From Octopus sinensis (lineage: Eukaryota): 64,000 nt of DNA. The stretch is taken from contig NC_043013.1 of NCBI RefSeq assembly GCF_006345805.1, positions 58,094,001 through 58,158,000 of the forward strand. The letters are read 5' to 3'. The notes under the pieces are model-generated. The model saw nothing but the letters and a program-made list of their open reading frames with translations. It ran no database searches and was not told the origin of the DNA. The position numbers were made by a program, and so were the translations under genes. Position 1 is the first letter of the stretch; every line of letters begins with the position of its first letter. This document shows positions 23,397 through 36,103 of the stretch, piece by piece.

Positions 23397-26300
23397 AAAT
23401 CCTTAATCCTCAAAAAATGTTTTAGCCCGAAGGCCGCGGCCATGCTGGGGCACCACCGCTGAATGAGCTACACTAGTTGTGAATCCACCTCTGATACGTG
23501 GCACTTGATCAACAAGGGAGGTCGATTATGCTGCCCGCATCCGCGTCTCCTGTCGTGAGGTAGGTTCATCTGGGACTCCCAACAAGAAGAGATCCAGTTT
23601 AGTTTTAAAGAAACCCACATCCACACCATGTAAGTCTCTCAGGCATTTAGGAGGATGTTAAAGGCTGTGGTCCTCTGAACCCAAGCTGTTGCAGTATCTG
23701 GACCTGTATTTTGATGGTGATGTTGGAATCCTTGGCACCACGCAGCGGCGCCCCGTTCTGCGGTTGGAGTAACTTTGAATGCCAAAGTTTGGGACAAGAC
23801 CCTCCAGGATTTTCCAGATGTATATCACTGCATATCTCTCACGCCTCCGCTCCAGGGAGAAGAGGTTTAATACCTTCAGTCTTTCCCAGTAGCTGATGTT
23901 TTGCATTGAGACGATTTTCTTTGTGTAGCTTCTCTGAATTGCTTCGAGTTCTGCTGTTTGTTTTATATTGTGTGGTGACCAAAGTTGGGAGCAGTAGTCC
24001 AAGCGGCTGAGGACAAATGTTTTCCATAGGACCATCAGTGTCTCCTTCTCTCTTGTTCTGAAAGTTCGGAGATTCCATCCAGCTAGCCGTCTGCATTTTA
24101 TCACCAGATTAGCAATATGCATTTGGAAAGACGCATCATTGCTCATGTCAATGCCCAGGTCACGCACTGATTTTGACTCAGGGATTGCAATTCTTCCTGG
24201 GCCAGTGTATCCAGTCTTCTCGTCATTTACCTTTGTGTGCCAATAGTGCAGGGCCTGGAACTTACCTGCATTAAACTGCATGTTGTTGTCCTCAGCCCAC
24301 CTGTATATTGTGTCCAGCTCATGTTGCAGATGCACGATATTTTCAGGGTTTTGTATTGCGTGGGAGACTTTTGTGTCATCTGCATAGCTAGCAAGGGTGG
24401 TCAGCGTAGCAACTGAAGGCATGTCTGAAAGGGCCACTATGAACATCAGTGGCCCCAAGACAGTGCCCTGTGGGACACCGCTTGTTATTTGCGTTTCCTT
24501 GGAGGTGGCTCCAATTGCTCACAACTGCCTGTTTTCTGTCTTTTAGGAAGTTGTGCAGCCACTCCCCAAGTTTCCCGCCTATGCCGAGACCACGCAGTTT
24601 GTGACAGATCATACCATGGTCGACTTTATCAAAGGCTTTTGCAAAGTCGAGATATATTACATCCACATTTGAGCCATTTAGTAGCTGTTTCAACACCAAG
24701 CCATAGTGTTGCAGGAGCTGTGTTAGGCAGCCTCTACCTGGTCGAAATCCATGCTGGGTGTCAGACAGCAAGTCATTTTCTTCAAGGGACATGATTAGTT
24801 TCTTACGGACTATTCGTTCCATGACTTTGCTGATGTGTGAGGTCAGAGAGATAGGCCTATAATTTTTAGCATCTGCTCTGCTACCTCCCTTATGGATAGG
24901 GCATATTACCCCCTCTTTCAGTTTGACTGGGAGCTTACCACTTGCAAGAAAGCTCTGAAAAAGAAGCTGTAGCGGTTTTGCAACGGCTCGTTTGCACGAT
25001 TTGAGAAGGATCGCTGGGAATCCATCAGGTCCAGCAGCTGAGTTTGTGTCAATCTCATCAATGGCTAGTGTGATATCATCATCTTCGATGTTGATGTACT
25101 CAATTTTTGTCTCTTTGGCCGCAGGTAAAGTGGCAAAGAATTCTTCTGGGTTCTTTACTTGCCTGTGTCCTAGAGGTGTAGTGAACACACTTTGGAACTG
25201 TTCGTTCAGTATTTCACTTATCCTCGTGGGATTTCCTGTGAGAGAGCCATCTTTTTGGAAGAGAGGTCCTATTCTCTGGTGCACTGTGGCTGTCTCTTTG
25301 GCAAACTTAAAGAAAGCTTTAGGTTTTGATTTTGTATTTTCTATTACCCAAGCTTCTTTATCTGCTCTCTCCTTTTTATGGGACTGATGTAGATTTTCTC
25401 AGTTTCCATTAGCATTCTTTCGAGCCGAGACTTCTCACCACTTTTGGTGTGCTTGCTCAGGCGGTTTGCAATCCTTGTCCGTCGTCTCATAAGAATCCTC
25501 CTTTCTCTAGGGATCCTGTTTTTGTTCTTGTGTGTGCTGGCCCTGCACATTGGGACATATTTGTCACATATGGCTTGTATTATGGACATGAAGTGTTTGT
25601 GTTTCATGTTTATGTCCGGTGTGGAGAGACATTCAGGCCAATCCTGTTTGAGGATCTCTTTCTCAATCGACTTCCAGTTGGCTTTATGGAAGTTTAAGTT
25701 GGAGAGATGGTGGGTGCTTCGTATAGGCTGTGTGTCTGTGGGGGCTTTTGTTCCATACATAGACAGCTCTATTATGTTGTGATCCGAGATCATTGTCGGC
25801 ATCACATTAACATTATGGATAATATCCATATTGTTTGTGAAGCAGAGATCCAGTATATTATCTGCCCTTGTTGGTTGCAGAACTATTTGCTCCATGAAAG
25901 AGGCATTTGTGAGATGGAGCAGGGACTCCACCTGTGCCTGCTGATGGTGTGTCATCCCTGGAGCATCTGCCCCCCAGGCCATTCCACATTGGGGAGGTTA
26001 AAGTCACCCATGAAGAATACACTGTTGTGCTGTTCAAGGTTGGTGAGGACTTCTCCTATTTTGTTAGGCAGTCTTCAAACATGCCTGAGTGTTTTGGGGC
26101 ATCTGGTGGGCGATATGTAGTGCATATGACGATATTCAGTTGTCTTATGTGTACAATTTGAGTTTCACATACTGAGTTTGAATATGACAGCAGGACCTGG
26201 GGCATGAGGTCATCTCGGATGTACATTGCAACTCCACCATGGCTCCTCCCTTTTCTATCTGTGCGTATGACTGCATATTGCGGCATGTGTATTTCTGCAT

Positions 26301-27071
26301 CACCTATATCGGGTTCAAGATGCGTTTCTGTGAGTGCCATGCATATAGCTTGATTGCATGTCACAAGGTCTCTCAGGAATGAAATTTTTTTTTTACAGTT
26401 TCCGCGCAGCAGCCCTCCTACATTCAGTAGAAATATTTTTGTGGTGTGTGTGTTGGTGTTGGTGTCTGTGGTGGCCATCCTGCATCTGTTGGAGGTGGCC
26501 TTATGTGGTGTAGTTCCAGCTTTGTGCTTGTAGCCAGGTCAGCTGCTGAACAATTTTTTGTGCCATGCACAAAAAAGACTGCTGTTCAGCTGCCGCCTTC
26601 TCACATCTGGGTGAAGCTGGCCACCTGTTGGGTTTCCGCGCACCACATCTGCATACCGTCTTTCAGTAGTGGTCAGTGCGCTTTTTTCCCTTCTTTTAAC
26701 TTTTTGTTTTTGTTTTTGTTTTTGTTCTCCCTGAGGGAGGGAACTCTGTCTCGCGTCCGTGCGGTTTTGGTAGGGCCTCCGATGTGCAAAGCGACAGTTT
26801 GCACCTTCGACGCCGTACCAGCAGTCCCCGCTCAGGTAGAATTGCAGGTGTTTCTTTCCCTGCGCTTACAGTTTTTGCTGGGGTCCCTCTGCTTTCTCTG
26901 GACACGGTTTCCTTTAACCTTGATTTGGTCTTCAGTTGTGGTGTTGGAAGCTGGACATGTGTCATTGTTTCCCTGTGTTCCAGGCTTCTCCGTTTGGTTC
27001 TGGATGCTTTCTTCATCCTTTTGGCCCTCCCTGGTGCCGTCACCTCCCAGGATGATGTCCAGGGTGTCCAC
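23397..27071 (-). mobile_element. CR1/L2-group LINE, near full length: partial ORF1 (CCCH finger) + ORF2 (APE-RT) + 3'UTR
   Basis: APE: LLNVGGL, ALTETHL, SHGGVAMYI, TYRPPD, MGDFNLP. RT: KNYRPISLTS, QHGFRPGR, YLDFAKAFDKV, YADDTK, SVRDLGI, SRLDYCSQLWSP (ORFs 26056-26478, 25344-25982, 24388-25284, 23658-24458). Confidence 0.96.
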
Positions 27072-27072
27072 T

Positions 27073-27389
27073 ATATATACGTATATATTATATATATACG
27101 TATATATATATTATCATACGTGTATATATATATATGATATATATATATATATAATAGTATATTATATATTATATATTAATATACGTATATATATATCTAT
27201 ATACGTATATATATATATACGTATATATATGTATATATATATATATATAGTATATATACGTATATATATATATATACGTATGATATATATATATCTATAT
27301 ATTATATAATAATATATATATATACGTTATATATATATAGATATACGTAATATTACATATATATATAAGTATATATATATAATATAACG

Positions 27390-27420
<31 letters not shown>

Positions 27421-27616
27421 TATATATATATATACGTATAATAATATATATAATATATACTATATTATATATTATACGTATATATATATATATATATATA
27501 TACGTTATATATTATATATAGACGTATGTATATATATATATACGTCTATATATATATATAAATATATACGTATATACATATATTTATATATCTACGTATA
27601 CATATATATATATATA

Positions 27617-27648
<32 letters not shown>

Positions 27649-27685
27649 CGTATATATTACGTATATATATATATATATATATTAC

Positions 27686-27734
<49 letters not shown>

Positions 27735-27796
27735 CGTATATATATATATATATCATATACGTATATATATATATACGTATATATATTTATACATAC

Positions 27797-27834
<38 letters not shown>

Positions 27835-27967
27835 ATAAGATAGATATATATATAATATATATAATCTATAATACGTATACATATATATATATACTATATA
27901 TATATATATATATAATAATAATATAATATATAATATATAATATATATATATATACGTATTATATATA
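27073..27967. repeat. About 900-bp imperfect (TA)n array with recurrent TACGTA interruptions; similar arrays at 15690-15930, 16220-16490, 23125-23395, 28410-28733 and 30690-30998
   Basis: Read directly from sequence. Confidence 0.95.
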
Positions 27968-27968
27968 A

Positions 27969-28415
27969 CTCTGTTCCGATGGAGAAGTCTTTGAGAGAGA
28001 CCTTGAGACTATCCTTGTAGCGCTTCTTCTGCCCTCCCATCTCAGCTGGGCCTTGCGCATGATTGTGATGGTGTTAGGGAGATCTGCCTGCTTCTGAACT
28101 TCCGTGTCGGAACAGAGACCTGGGAGACACTTGCTGCCAACCGCTCATCCTGACGCAGCGCAATCACCGTGGGAGCAGGGACAGCCGAGGAGGGACGGAT
28201 TCGGTCAGCGGAGCATAAACGTTAGATGCGTAAAGCCAGAGCCGCCTTCACCAGTAGCACGGCCCCTACCCACTTCTGCCCCACCTGTGGGAGGGGCTTC
28301 CTTGCCCGGATTGGCCTCACCAGCCACCTCCGGTCTCATGGCGTCAGTTCCATCAGATGATGTCAGTTGGTCATCTTCGAACCGAAGGACGAACATTATT
28401 ATTATATTATTATTA
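27969..28415 (+). mobile_element. RTE-clade LINE 3' end with inverted 5' segment and (ATT)n tail
   Basis: Plus strand from 28107: [34 protein letters not shown]. Minus strand 27969-28113: [26 protein letters not shown] and GGQKKRYKDSLKVSLKDFSIGTE. Confidence 0.9.
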
Positions 28416-28488
28416 TTATTATATATATATATATACGTATATATATATATATCGTATATATATATATATATATATATATACGTATATA

Positions 28489-28531
<43 letters not shown>

Positions 28532-28682
28532 GCTTATATATATCTATCTATATATATACGTATATATATATATACGTATATATACGTATATATATAATAT
28601 ACTATATATATATACGTATATAATATATATATATATATATATATAGTATACGTATATATATATATATATATATTATATATAC

Positions 28683-28716
<34 letters not shown>

Positions 28717-28733
28717 TATATATATATATATAT

Positions 28734-29872
28734 AGACAGATCTCAACAGACAGATCTCAAATGTTGTAGTTGAAGGGGTAAAATCAAGCCCAACCAAAGT
28801 CAGTAGTGGCGTTCCGCAAGGCACTGTGCTGGGCCCACTTCTTTTCATCATTTACATTAATGACATTAATGACATCATCATGCACAGCAACATAAAAATC
28901 TTTGCAGATGATTCCAAGCTACAGAAGGTCATAAATGAGGCGAGTGACCGTACATGCCTTCAGTGAGATCTACTGGCTGTTATCCAATGGGCAGAAAAAA
29001 CAATATGCTGCTGAACGAGGATAAATTTGAGTTAATCCACTTTGGAAAAGAGAATGCCCTGAAACTCCCATACTCCCTTCCTTCAGGTGAAACTCTCGCA
29101 GCGTCCAACAACATCAGAGACTTGGGAGTAATTGTGGATAACAACATAAGCTGGGCCACTCATATAAACACCATAAAGTTGACATGGCCTGCAGAATGTG
29201 TTCCTGGATTCTCAGAACTTTCCAGTCGAGAGATATCCACACCATTATCCTTCTCTTCTCCACTTTTGCCCGACCCCACCTTGAATACTGTTGTCCACTG
29301 TGGTCTCCCCACACAATACAAGGTATCATAAAAGTTGAAGCACCTCAAAGGGCAATCACAAAAAGATAGATGGCATGACAGGCCTCGACTATTGGGGTCG
29401 ACTAGAAAAGCTAAAACTTTATTCTCTCCAACGTCGTCGTGAGCGCTACATCATCTGCATGATGTGGAAAATATTCCATCAGCATTGCCCAAATGATGTT
29501 GGCATCACCTTTAAGGTACATCCAAGGCTTGGGCCCCGTGCCATCCGCCCAAAACAAAAATCGCACTCTCATCTCATAACAACAATACGGCACAATTATT
29601 TCACCTCAATTGGCCCCGCTCACTTTAACATTACACCAAAACACATTAAAACAGAAACTGACCCTATAGGGTTCAAGAAGTCTTTGGACAGATTCCTTCA
29701 AGAAATCCCGGATAAACCCCCTACACCCGGATATGTCTCTGTAAACAATAACTCTCTACTTGAGTGGGCCATAGTGCCCAAATTCTGACTTGAAAGTCTT
29801 CACCAGGTGGTGTTATTAAGTTAGACATGGCCTGGGCCAATAATGGCCGAAACCTATCAAAGTATCAAAGTA
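28734..29872 (+). mobile_element. 5'-truncated CR1/L2-group LINE (family C)
   Basis: [60 protein letters not shown]; tail (TATCAAAG)2. Confidence 0.95.
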
Positions 29873-29902
29873 TATATATATATATTTTTATATATACGCA
29901 TG

Positions 29903-29945
<43 letters not shown>

Positions 29946-29947
29946 GC

Positions 29948-30020
<73 letters not shown>

Positions 30021-30023
<3 letters not shown>

Positions 30024-30688
30024 TAAGCAATAAAGGTTTAGCAACGAATTGCCTTACCACATACCGAATTTAGAAATAGCAGTCAAAGAGTTATAGCCAT
30101 TTCTTCTACTAAAAAGGGAGATCTCAGTAAAACAGCAATTGGAAGGCAGACACAAACAGGTAAGAGAGGATGAATTGACGGCAATCTATCATACAATTTT
30201 AAGTTATCTACGGACTACGTTTCGAAATCAAGTTTTTAGGAAAGCATAAGAATTAAATATTAAATAATTCTATCTCACCAAAACTTCTTTTCTCTTCAGC
30301 GTAGAATACTATAATCATAAATGATTATATATTGAATTTTGAGATACTAGAAGGCCCAACTCAACTCAGTATCAGAGCGAGCTAGAATCCGCAACTAGTA
30401 TCACCAAACTCATGTTTGAATGAAAAGATTGTGTCACCACCCCTTCCCACCCGCGTGTAGCCAAAACAAGATGCTGTGGTCATCTACTGAGATAAAATAT
30501 GGTTATCCGTAATAATGAAGGGTGAAATTAATTAATTTGGAATAATTATCAATTACACCAAGTAGTCTTCGGCATGTAAAAGCCTCATTCGAGGAAAATT
30601 TAAGTAATACTAAGCAATAAAGGGTTTAGCAACGAATTGCCTTACCACATACCGAATTTAGAAATAGCAGTCAAAGAGTTATAGCCAT
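30021..30688 (-). mobile_element. Non-coding hammerhead-bearing element: 587-bp unit plus 80-bp terminal direct repeat
   Basis: 30021-30100 matches 30608-30688 (one extra G); flanked by (TA)n; no ORF in the track. Confidence 0.75.
30207..30305 (-). ncRNA. Type I hammerhead with canonical GUC and a long structured loop II
   Basis: TCTACG-CTGAAGA-GAAA-(about 61 nt)-TTTC-GAAA-C-GTA-GTC-CGTAGA; perfect 6-bp stem I. Confidence 0.78.
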
Positions 30689-30758
30689 ATATATATATAT
30701 ACATTTGTATATATACGCATGTATATATTTATATATATATATATTTACGTATATATAC

Positions 30759-30792
<34 letters not shown>

Positions 30793-30851
30793 GCATGTAT
30801 ATATATATATATATACGCATGTATGTATATATATATATATACGCATGTATG

Positions 30852-30898
<47 letters not shown>

Positions 30899-30965
30899 GC
30901 ATGTATATATTATATATATATATACGCATGTATGTATATTATATATATATATATATATACGCATG

Positions 30966-30998
<33 letters not shown>

Positions 30999-31003
<5 letters not shown>

Positions 31004-31374
31004 GATCTCAACAGCCAGATCTCAACATGTTGTAGTTGAAGGGGTAAAATCAAGCCCAGCCAAAGTCAGTAGTGGCGTTCCGCAAGGCACTGTGCTGGGC
31101 CCACTTCTTTTCATCATTTACATTAATGACATTAATGACATCATCAAGCACAGCAACATAAAAATCTTTGCAGATGATTCCAAGCTACAGAAGGTCATAA
31201 ATGAGGCGAGTGACCGGACATGCCTTCAGTCAGATCTACTGGCTGTTATCCAATGGGCAGAAAAAACAATATGCTGCTGAACGAGGATAAATTTGAATTA
31301 ATCCACTTTGGAAAAGAGGATGCCCTGAAACTCCCATACTCCCTTCCTTCAGGTGAAACTCTCGCAGCGTCCAA
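30999..31374 (+). mobile_element. 376-bp near-identical copy (about 98%) of the 5' end of the family C LINE at 28734-29108
   Basis: Same truncation point and same junction micro-duplication agacagatctcaacag(a/c)cagatctcaa. Confidence 0.9.
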
Positions 31375-33487
31375 TCTAAGTGTCGAATCCCTAGAAATAG
31401 AAAATCTCTCATCAGTAAAATTAAAAGAATTAACAAAAAATCAACAAGCTGAAATACTGTCAACAGCAGCACACCAACCTGACTGCCATCTCGTCGCTAG
31501 AGATTAAAAAACATAAACTCCAAAACAACATGATGTCTATCATCAACGGTTAGCGAAGAGCTGAAGAGGCCTGAGCCATTGAGAAGATCAAACTCAATCC
31601 CAAAGTGTTCTTTTCATTTGCAAAAAAACACAGAGTCACTGGTTCTACTGTTGGCCCTCTGATTGATGAAAATGGTACTCTTCAAGACAATGCCAAAACC
31701 ATGGGAGAGATATTGCAGAAACAATATTGCTCTGTTTTCATCAATCCTGATATGACTGATCTGGGCTGTATCAGTGATGTTACTCCCCAATACACTTTAT
31801 CGGACATAACCTTTGGCGCTCCTGATGTCTTATCAGCAATAAAGGAAATGAAGCATAATTCATCAGTAGGTCCAGATAGGTTCCCTGCTTGTGTCTTGAA
31901 GATGTGTCTAAACCAACTTGCACCCCCTCTAGCCAATCTGTGGCGGAACTCACTGGATGCTGGATATATACCAGAAGACCTTCTATCCCAGTCTGTTGTC
32001 CCAGTTTTCAAAAAAGGAAACAAATCGCTTGCCGTGAATTACCGTCCAATCTCATTCACCTCTCATATCATTAAGGTGTTTGAGAGAGTGCTGAGATCGC
32101 GTGTGACTCACTTCCTTGAAAGTCATAATATGCTGAACTCCAACCAGCATGGATTCCGTAATGGGAGAGATTGCCTGACGCAGCTACTGCATCATTTTGA
32201 TGACATTTTGAGAGCCTTGGGAGAGGGTTCCAACACTGATGTCATCTACCTTGATTTCAGCAAGGCCTTTGACAGGGTTGATCATAAGATCCTTCTGAGA
32301 ACGCTGTCCAATACTGGTGTCACTGGAAAGCTGCTGCAGTGGATCAAGTGCTTCCTGTCTAACAGAACCCAACATGTTGTAGTCGAAGGAGTCAAATCCA
32401 GCCCAGCCAAAGTCAGCAGTGGTGTCCCACAAGGCACTGTGTTGGGCCCACTTCTCTTCATCATCTACATAAATGATATTACTGACACCATCAAACACAG
32501 TAACATCAGAACCTTCGCTGATGATTCCAAGCTCCAGAAGGTCATCAATGGCGTGGATGACCGAATAAGCCTTCAGTCAGACCTACTGGCTGTTGTCCAA
32601 TGGGCGGAAAAGAATAACATGTTGCTAAACGAAGACAAATTCGAACTGATCCACTTTGGAAGGGAGGACGCTCTGAAACTCCCATACTCTCTTCCTTCTG
32701 GAGAAATTCTCATGGCATCAAACAACATCAGAGACTTGGGAGTAACAGTGGACAACAACATAAGCTGGGCCACTCATATAAACACCAAAGTTGACATGGC
32801 CCGCAGAATGTGTTCCTGGATTCTCAGAACTTTCTAGTCGAGAGATATCCACACCATTATCCTTCTCTTCTCCACTTTTGCCCGACCCCACCTTGAATAC
32901 TGCTGTCTACTGTGGTCCTCCCTACACAAAACAAAATATTATGAGAATTGAAGCTCCCCAAAGGTCAATAACAAAAAAGATAGATGGCATGTCAGACCTT
33001 GACTACTGGGGTAGACTAGAGAAGCTGAAACTGTATTCACTCCAACGACGCCGTGAACGCTACATTATCTGTATGATGTGGAAAATATTCCATCAGCACT
33101 GTCCGAATGATGTTGGCATCACCTTCAAAATGCATCCAAGGCTTGGACCACGTGCCATCTGTCCACAACAAAAATCTAAATCGCATCACATAACTACAAT
33201 ACGGCACAACTATTTCACCTCAATTGGACCCGCTCTCTTCAACATTACATCAGGACACGTCAAGAAAGAAACTGACCACACAAAATTCAAGAAGTCTTTG
33301 GACAAATTCCTTCAAACAGTCTCCGACAAACCACTCACACCCGGATATGTCTCCGCAAACAATAACTCTCTGCTCGAATGGGGCTTGGTGCTCAAATCCT
33401 GAATGAAAGACTTCGCCAGGTGGTGCTATTAAGTTAGACATGGCCTGGGCCAATTCTGGCCAAAACCTTTCTAAGTTTTTCTAAGTT
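31375..33487 (+). mobile_element. 5'-truncated CR1/L2-group LINE (family D), RT domain to 3' tail
   Basis: ORF 31605-32837 (NYRPISFTS, QHGFRNGR, YLDFSKAFDRV, TFADDSKL) ends at a premature TAG; ORF 32791-33402 follows; tail (TCTAAGTT)-like x2. Confidence 0.96.
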
Positions 33488-33511
33488 ATATATATACGTA
33501 TATATATTATA

Positions 33512-33575
<64 letters not shown>

Positions 33576-33914
33576 GTATATATATATATATATAACACGT
33601 ATATATTATATACACACACACACACAACACATATATATATATATAGATATATATATATATATATATATTAATTTGACAGATCCAAAATTCCTTTGCGTTC
33701 TCACGTCATATTTTGCTGATCATCTTAGAATGCAAGCATTGATTCAAATTAAAAATTTCAGGCAGATTCTGATGTGACATAATGCAAAGAGCATCGAGTA
33801 TTTCTTGGTTAGAAAACGGAATGTATTCTTTCCGTTTTACAGCACTTTTTATTCTTATATTCTCATATACATACATTCTAGCGTGTATGTATGTATGTAT
33901 TCTGCCTATATGTC

Positions 33915-34160
33915 TGTGCACATCTTTGAATGCAATGTATGCCAGAAGGATTGCGAATCCAACGGAGGCCTCAAAAGACATTTTAAGATCCACAAATGTC
34001 AGAACTTATTTGTAGCTCTTGGTGATCCAAGTCGGAGGAGCAATCTATGTGGGTGTCTTTGCAGAAAATTGGTTTTAAAAGCCCCATCAGTTGCCATGAT
34101 GGTGCCAAGGTGCAGGTACAGGAGATGGTCAAACTCTGCATAAGGAGTAGACAAGTACCA
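33915..34160 (+). mobile_element. Decayed RTE-type LINE 3' end with C2H2 finger(s)
   Basis: FECNVCQKDCESNGGLKRHFKIH, then a degenerate second finger (NLCGCLCRK..LK) and a short UTR running into (TA)n. Confidence 0.6.
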
Positions 34161-34177
34161 TTTATGTGTGTATATAA

Positions 34178-34208
<31 letters not shown>

Positions 34209-34211
34209 ATA

Positions 34212-34269
<58 letters not shown>

Positions 34270-34326
34270 TATATATATATATATATATGAAGAAGGTTTG
34301 AAAATGCAATTTTAAAAGATGTTTAT

Positions 34327-34372
34327 TTACTTGACCGGTTTCACTTTTTTAGAAAAAGATTGTCAAAAGTAA
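34327..34372 (-). ncRNA. Minimal hammerhead, U3-A8 variant, GUC triplet, in an AT-rich PLE-like remnant (about 34290-34700)
   Basis: TTACTT-TTGACAA-T-CTTTTT-CTA-AAAAAG-T-GAAA-CCGG-TC-AAGTAA; perfect 6-bp stem I; U/U mismatch at the base of stem II. Confidence 0.62.
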
Positions 34373-34784
34373 CATGTCAAAAGCTTGGTTGTGTTAGGTA
34401 CTGGTTGCCACAAAATATTACAATATACATATATATATTCTTTGATAATAAGAGCATGTTAAGAACAGTTTACAAGGGAAAATCTTGGGAGAATATAAAA
34501 AAGTTTAACAAGTTTATTAAAATATTGGGCACAAAAGATTACAATATATACATACATTCTTAAGAAAATGCTAAAGACAGTTTAGAGAAAAAATTATTAA
34601 AAAGTTCAGAGGAATATTGGTATTGTATCTCTGTGTATATATACACAGGAAATAATAAGTTCAAAAAGGTAACATTTTAATAGTAGGGTAAGTTTTAACT
34701 GACCTGATTCACCATATTATCGTTAAAGATCAGGACGTACGTATTTCCACTCGTGCGGTATCTTACAACTCCACATTGTTATAT

Positions 34785-34833
<49 letters not shown>

Positions 34834-34905
34834 GCATACACACACATACACATATATATACATACATGCATACATATATATACATATACATACATACAAA
34901 CACAT

Positions 34906-34948
<43 letters not shown>

Positions 34949-35686
34949 CGGGAAGACTTCCACCCGTCCCCACCAAAAACCACCCCTTTTAAAAAATCTT
35001 TTCTTCTTTCGAAACAAACCCCCCTTTTCGGCTACGGGGAGTACGAATGTACAAAAAAAATTGGCAAAAATCGACATTGCTAAATTACAACCCACCCCTT
35101 CATTTCCTTCATTTTTAACTCTTTTCACAATTTTATTTCAAAGTATGCGGAAAATACGTACATCATGATTCGGACAAAAATTTCAAAAGATCTCTGTACT
35201 TCTGGTTACGGTTTTAGGGTTAGTGTTGGGGAAAGAAGTCAAAATTGAAGAAGTTACTGGGGTGTGGGGTGTTTGGAGAAAAAATTTTACAATTCCGATT
35301 TTTGGCAATTTTCAGGAAATTCCGTATCCGAAACGGGGATTTTTGGAAAATAAAAAAAATTACAAAAATAAACAAATTTGGGAGAAAATGAAGACAGGCT
35401 GAAGTTTTTCCATATAAACATACATACACATATATATAGAAATGACTGCTGACAAATTTTTCTGCTTTTAAAAAAGAAAAAAAATATTTTCTCCTTTATA
35501 TATATACTGTTCAGTATCTATGCGTTGAATAAAATATATCTTTCTACCTGTTCAATAATACATTTCAACGCTTCGAAAACAAATTTGTGTATGTACATAT
35601 ATATATATTTATATATGTTCTACGTCCTCGCGTTGCTGTGTTTTCTCTTTATGTTTTCATGTTTGGATTAACTATATATATATAAA

Positions 35687-35722
<36 letters not shown>

Positions 35723-35741
35723 TGTGTGTGTTTGTGTATAC

Positions 35742-35779
<38 letters not shown>

Positions 35780-36052
35780 CATACATACATACATACATCA
35801 ATGCAGAAAATACACAAGTAACGTAAAGTGGGGTTAGACAACGAAAGATAAATATGAAGGTGGATAAGCAAATCATGAGAGGGAAAAGCGAGGCGTAGAA
35901 TAATATAAGGAAACATGAAGAGACTAAAACAACAGAAATGTGTGACTGTGTGCGTGATAGTGCATGTAGAAGGAATAATCTATCTGACAGAATCATGCTT
36001 TAAGACATACATACATGTGTATATGTGTGTGTATCTGTGTGTGTGCATAGAA

Positions 36053-36103
<51 letters not shown>

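Noticed and set aside
24489-26120. Several + strand ORFs of 80-137 aa
   Set aside because: Antisense shadows of the minus-strand LINE ORF2.
33805-34143. C2H2 zinc finger as a host zinc-finger gene
   Set aside because: No TGEKP linkers or finger array; the layout with a short UTR running into (TA)n fits an RTE C-terminus.
35205-35232. TTAGGG-like telomeric motif
   Set aside because: A single hexamer inside an unclassified repeat, not an array.
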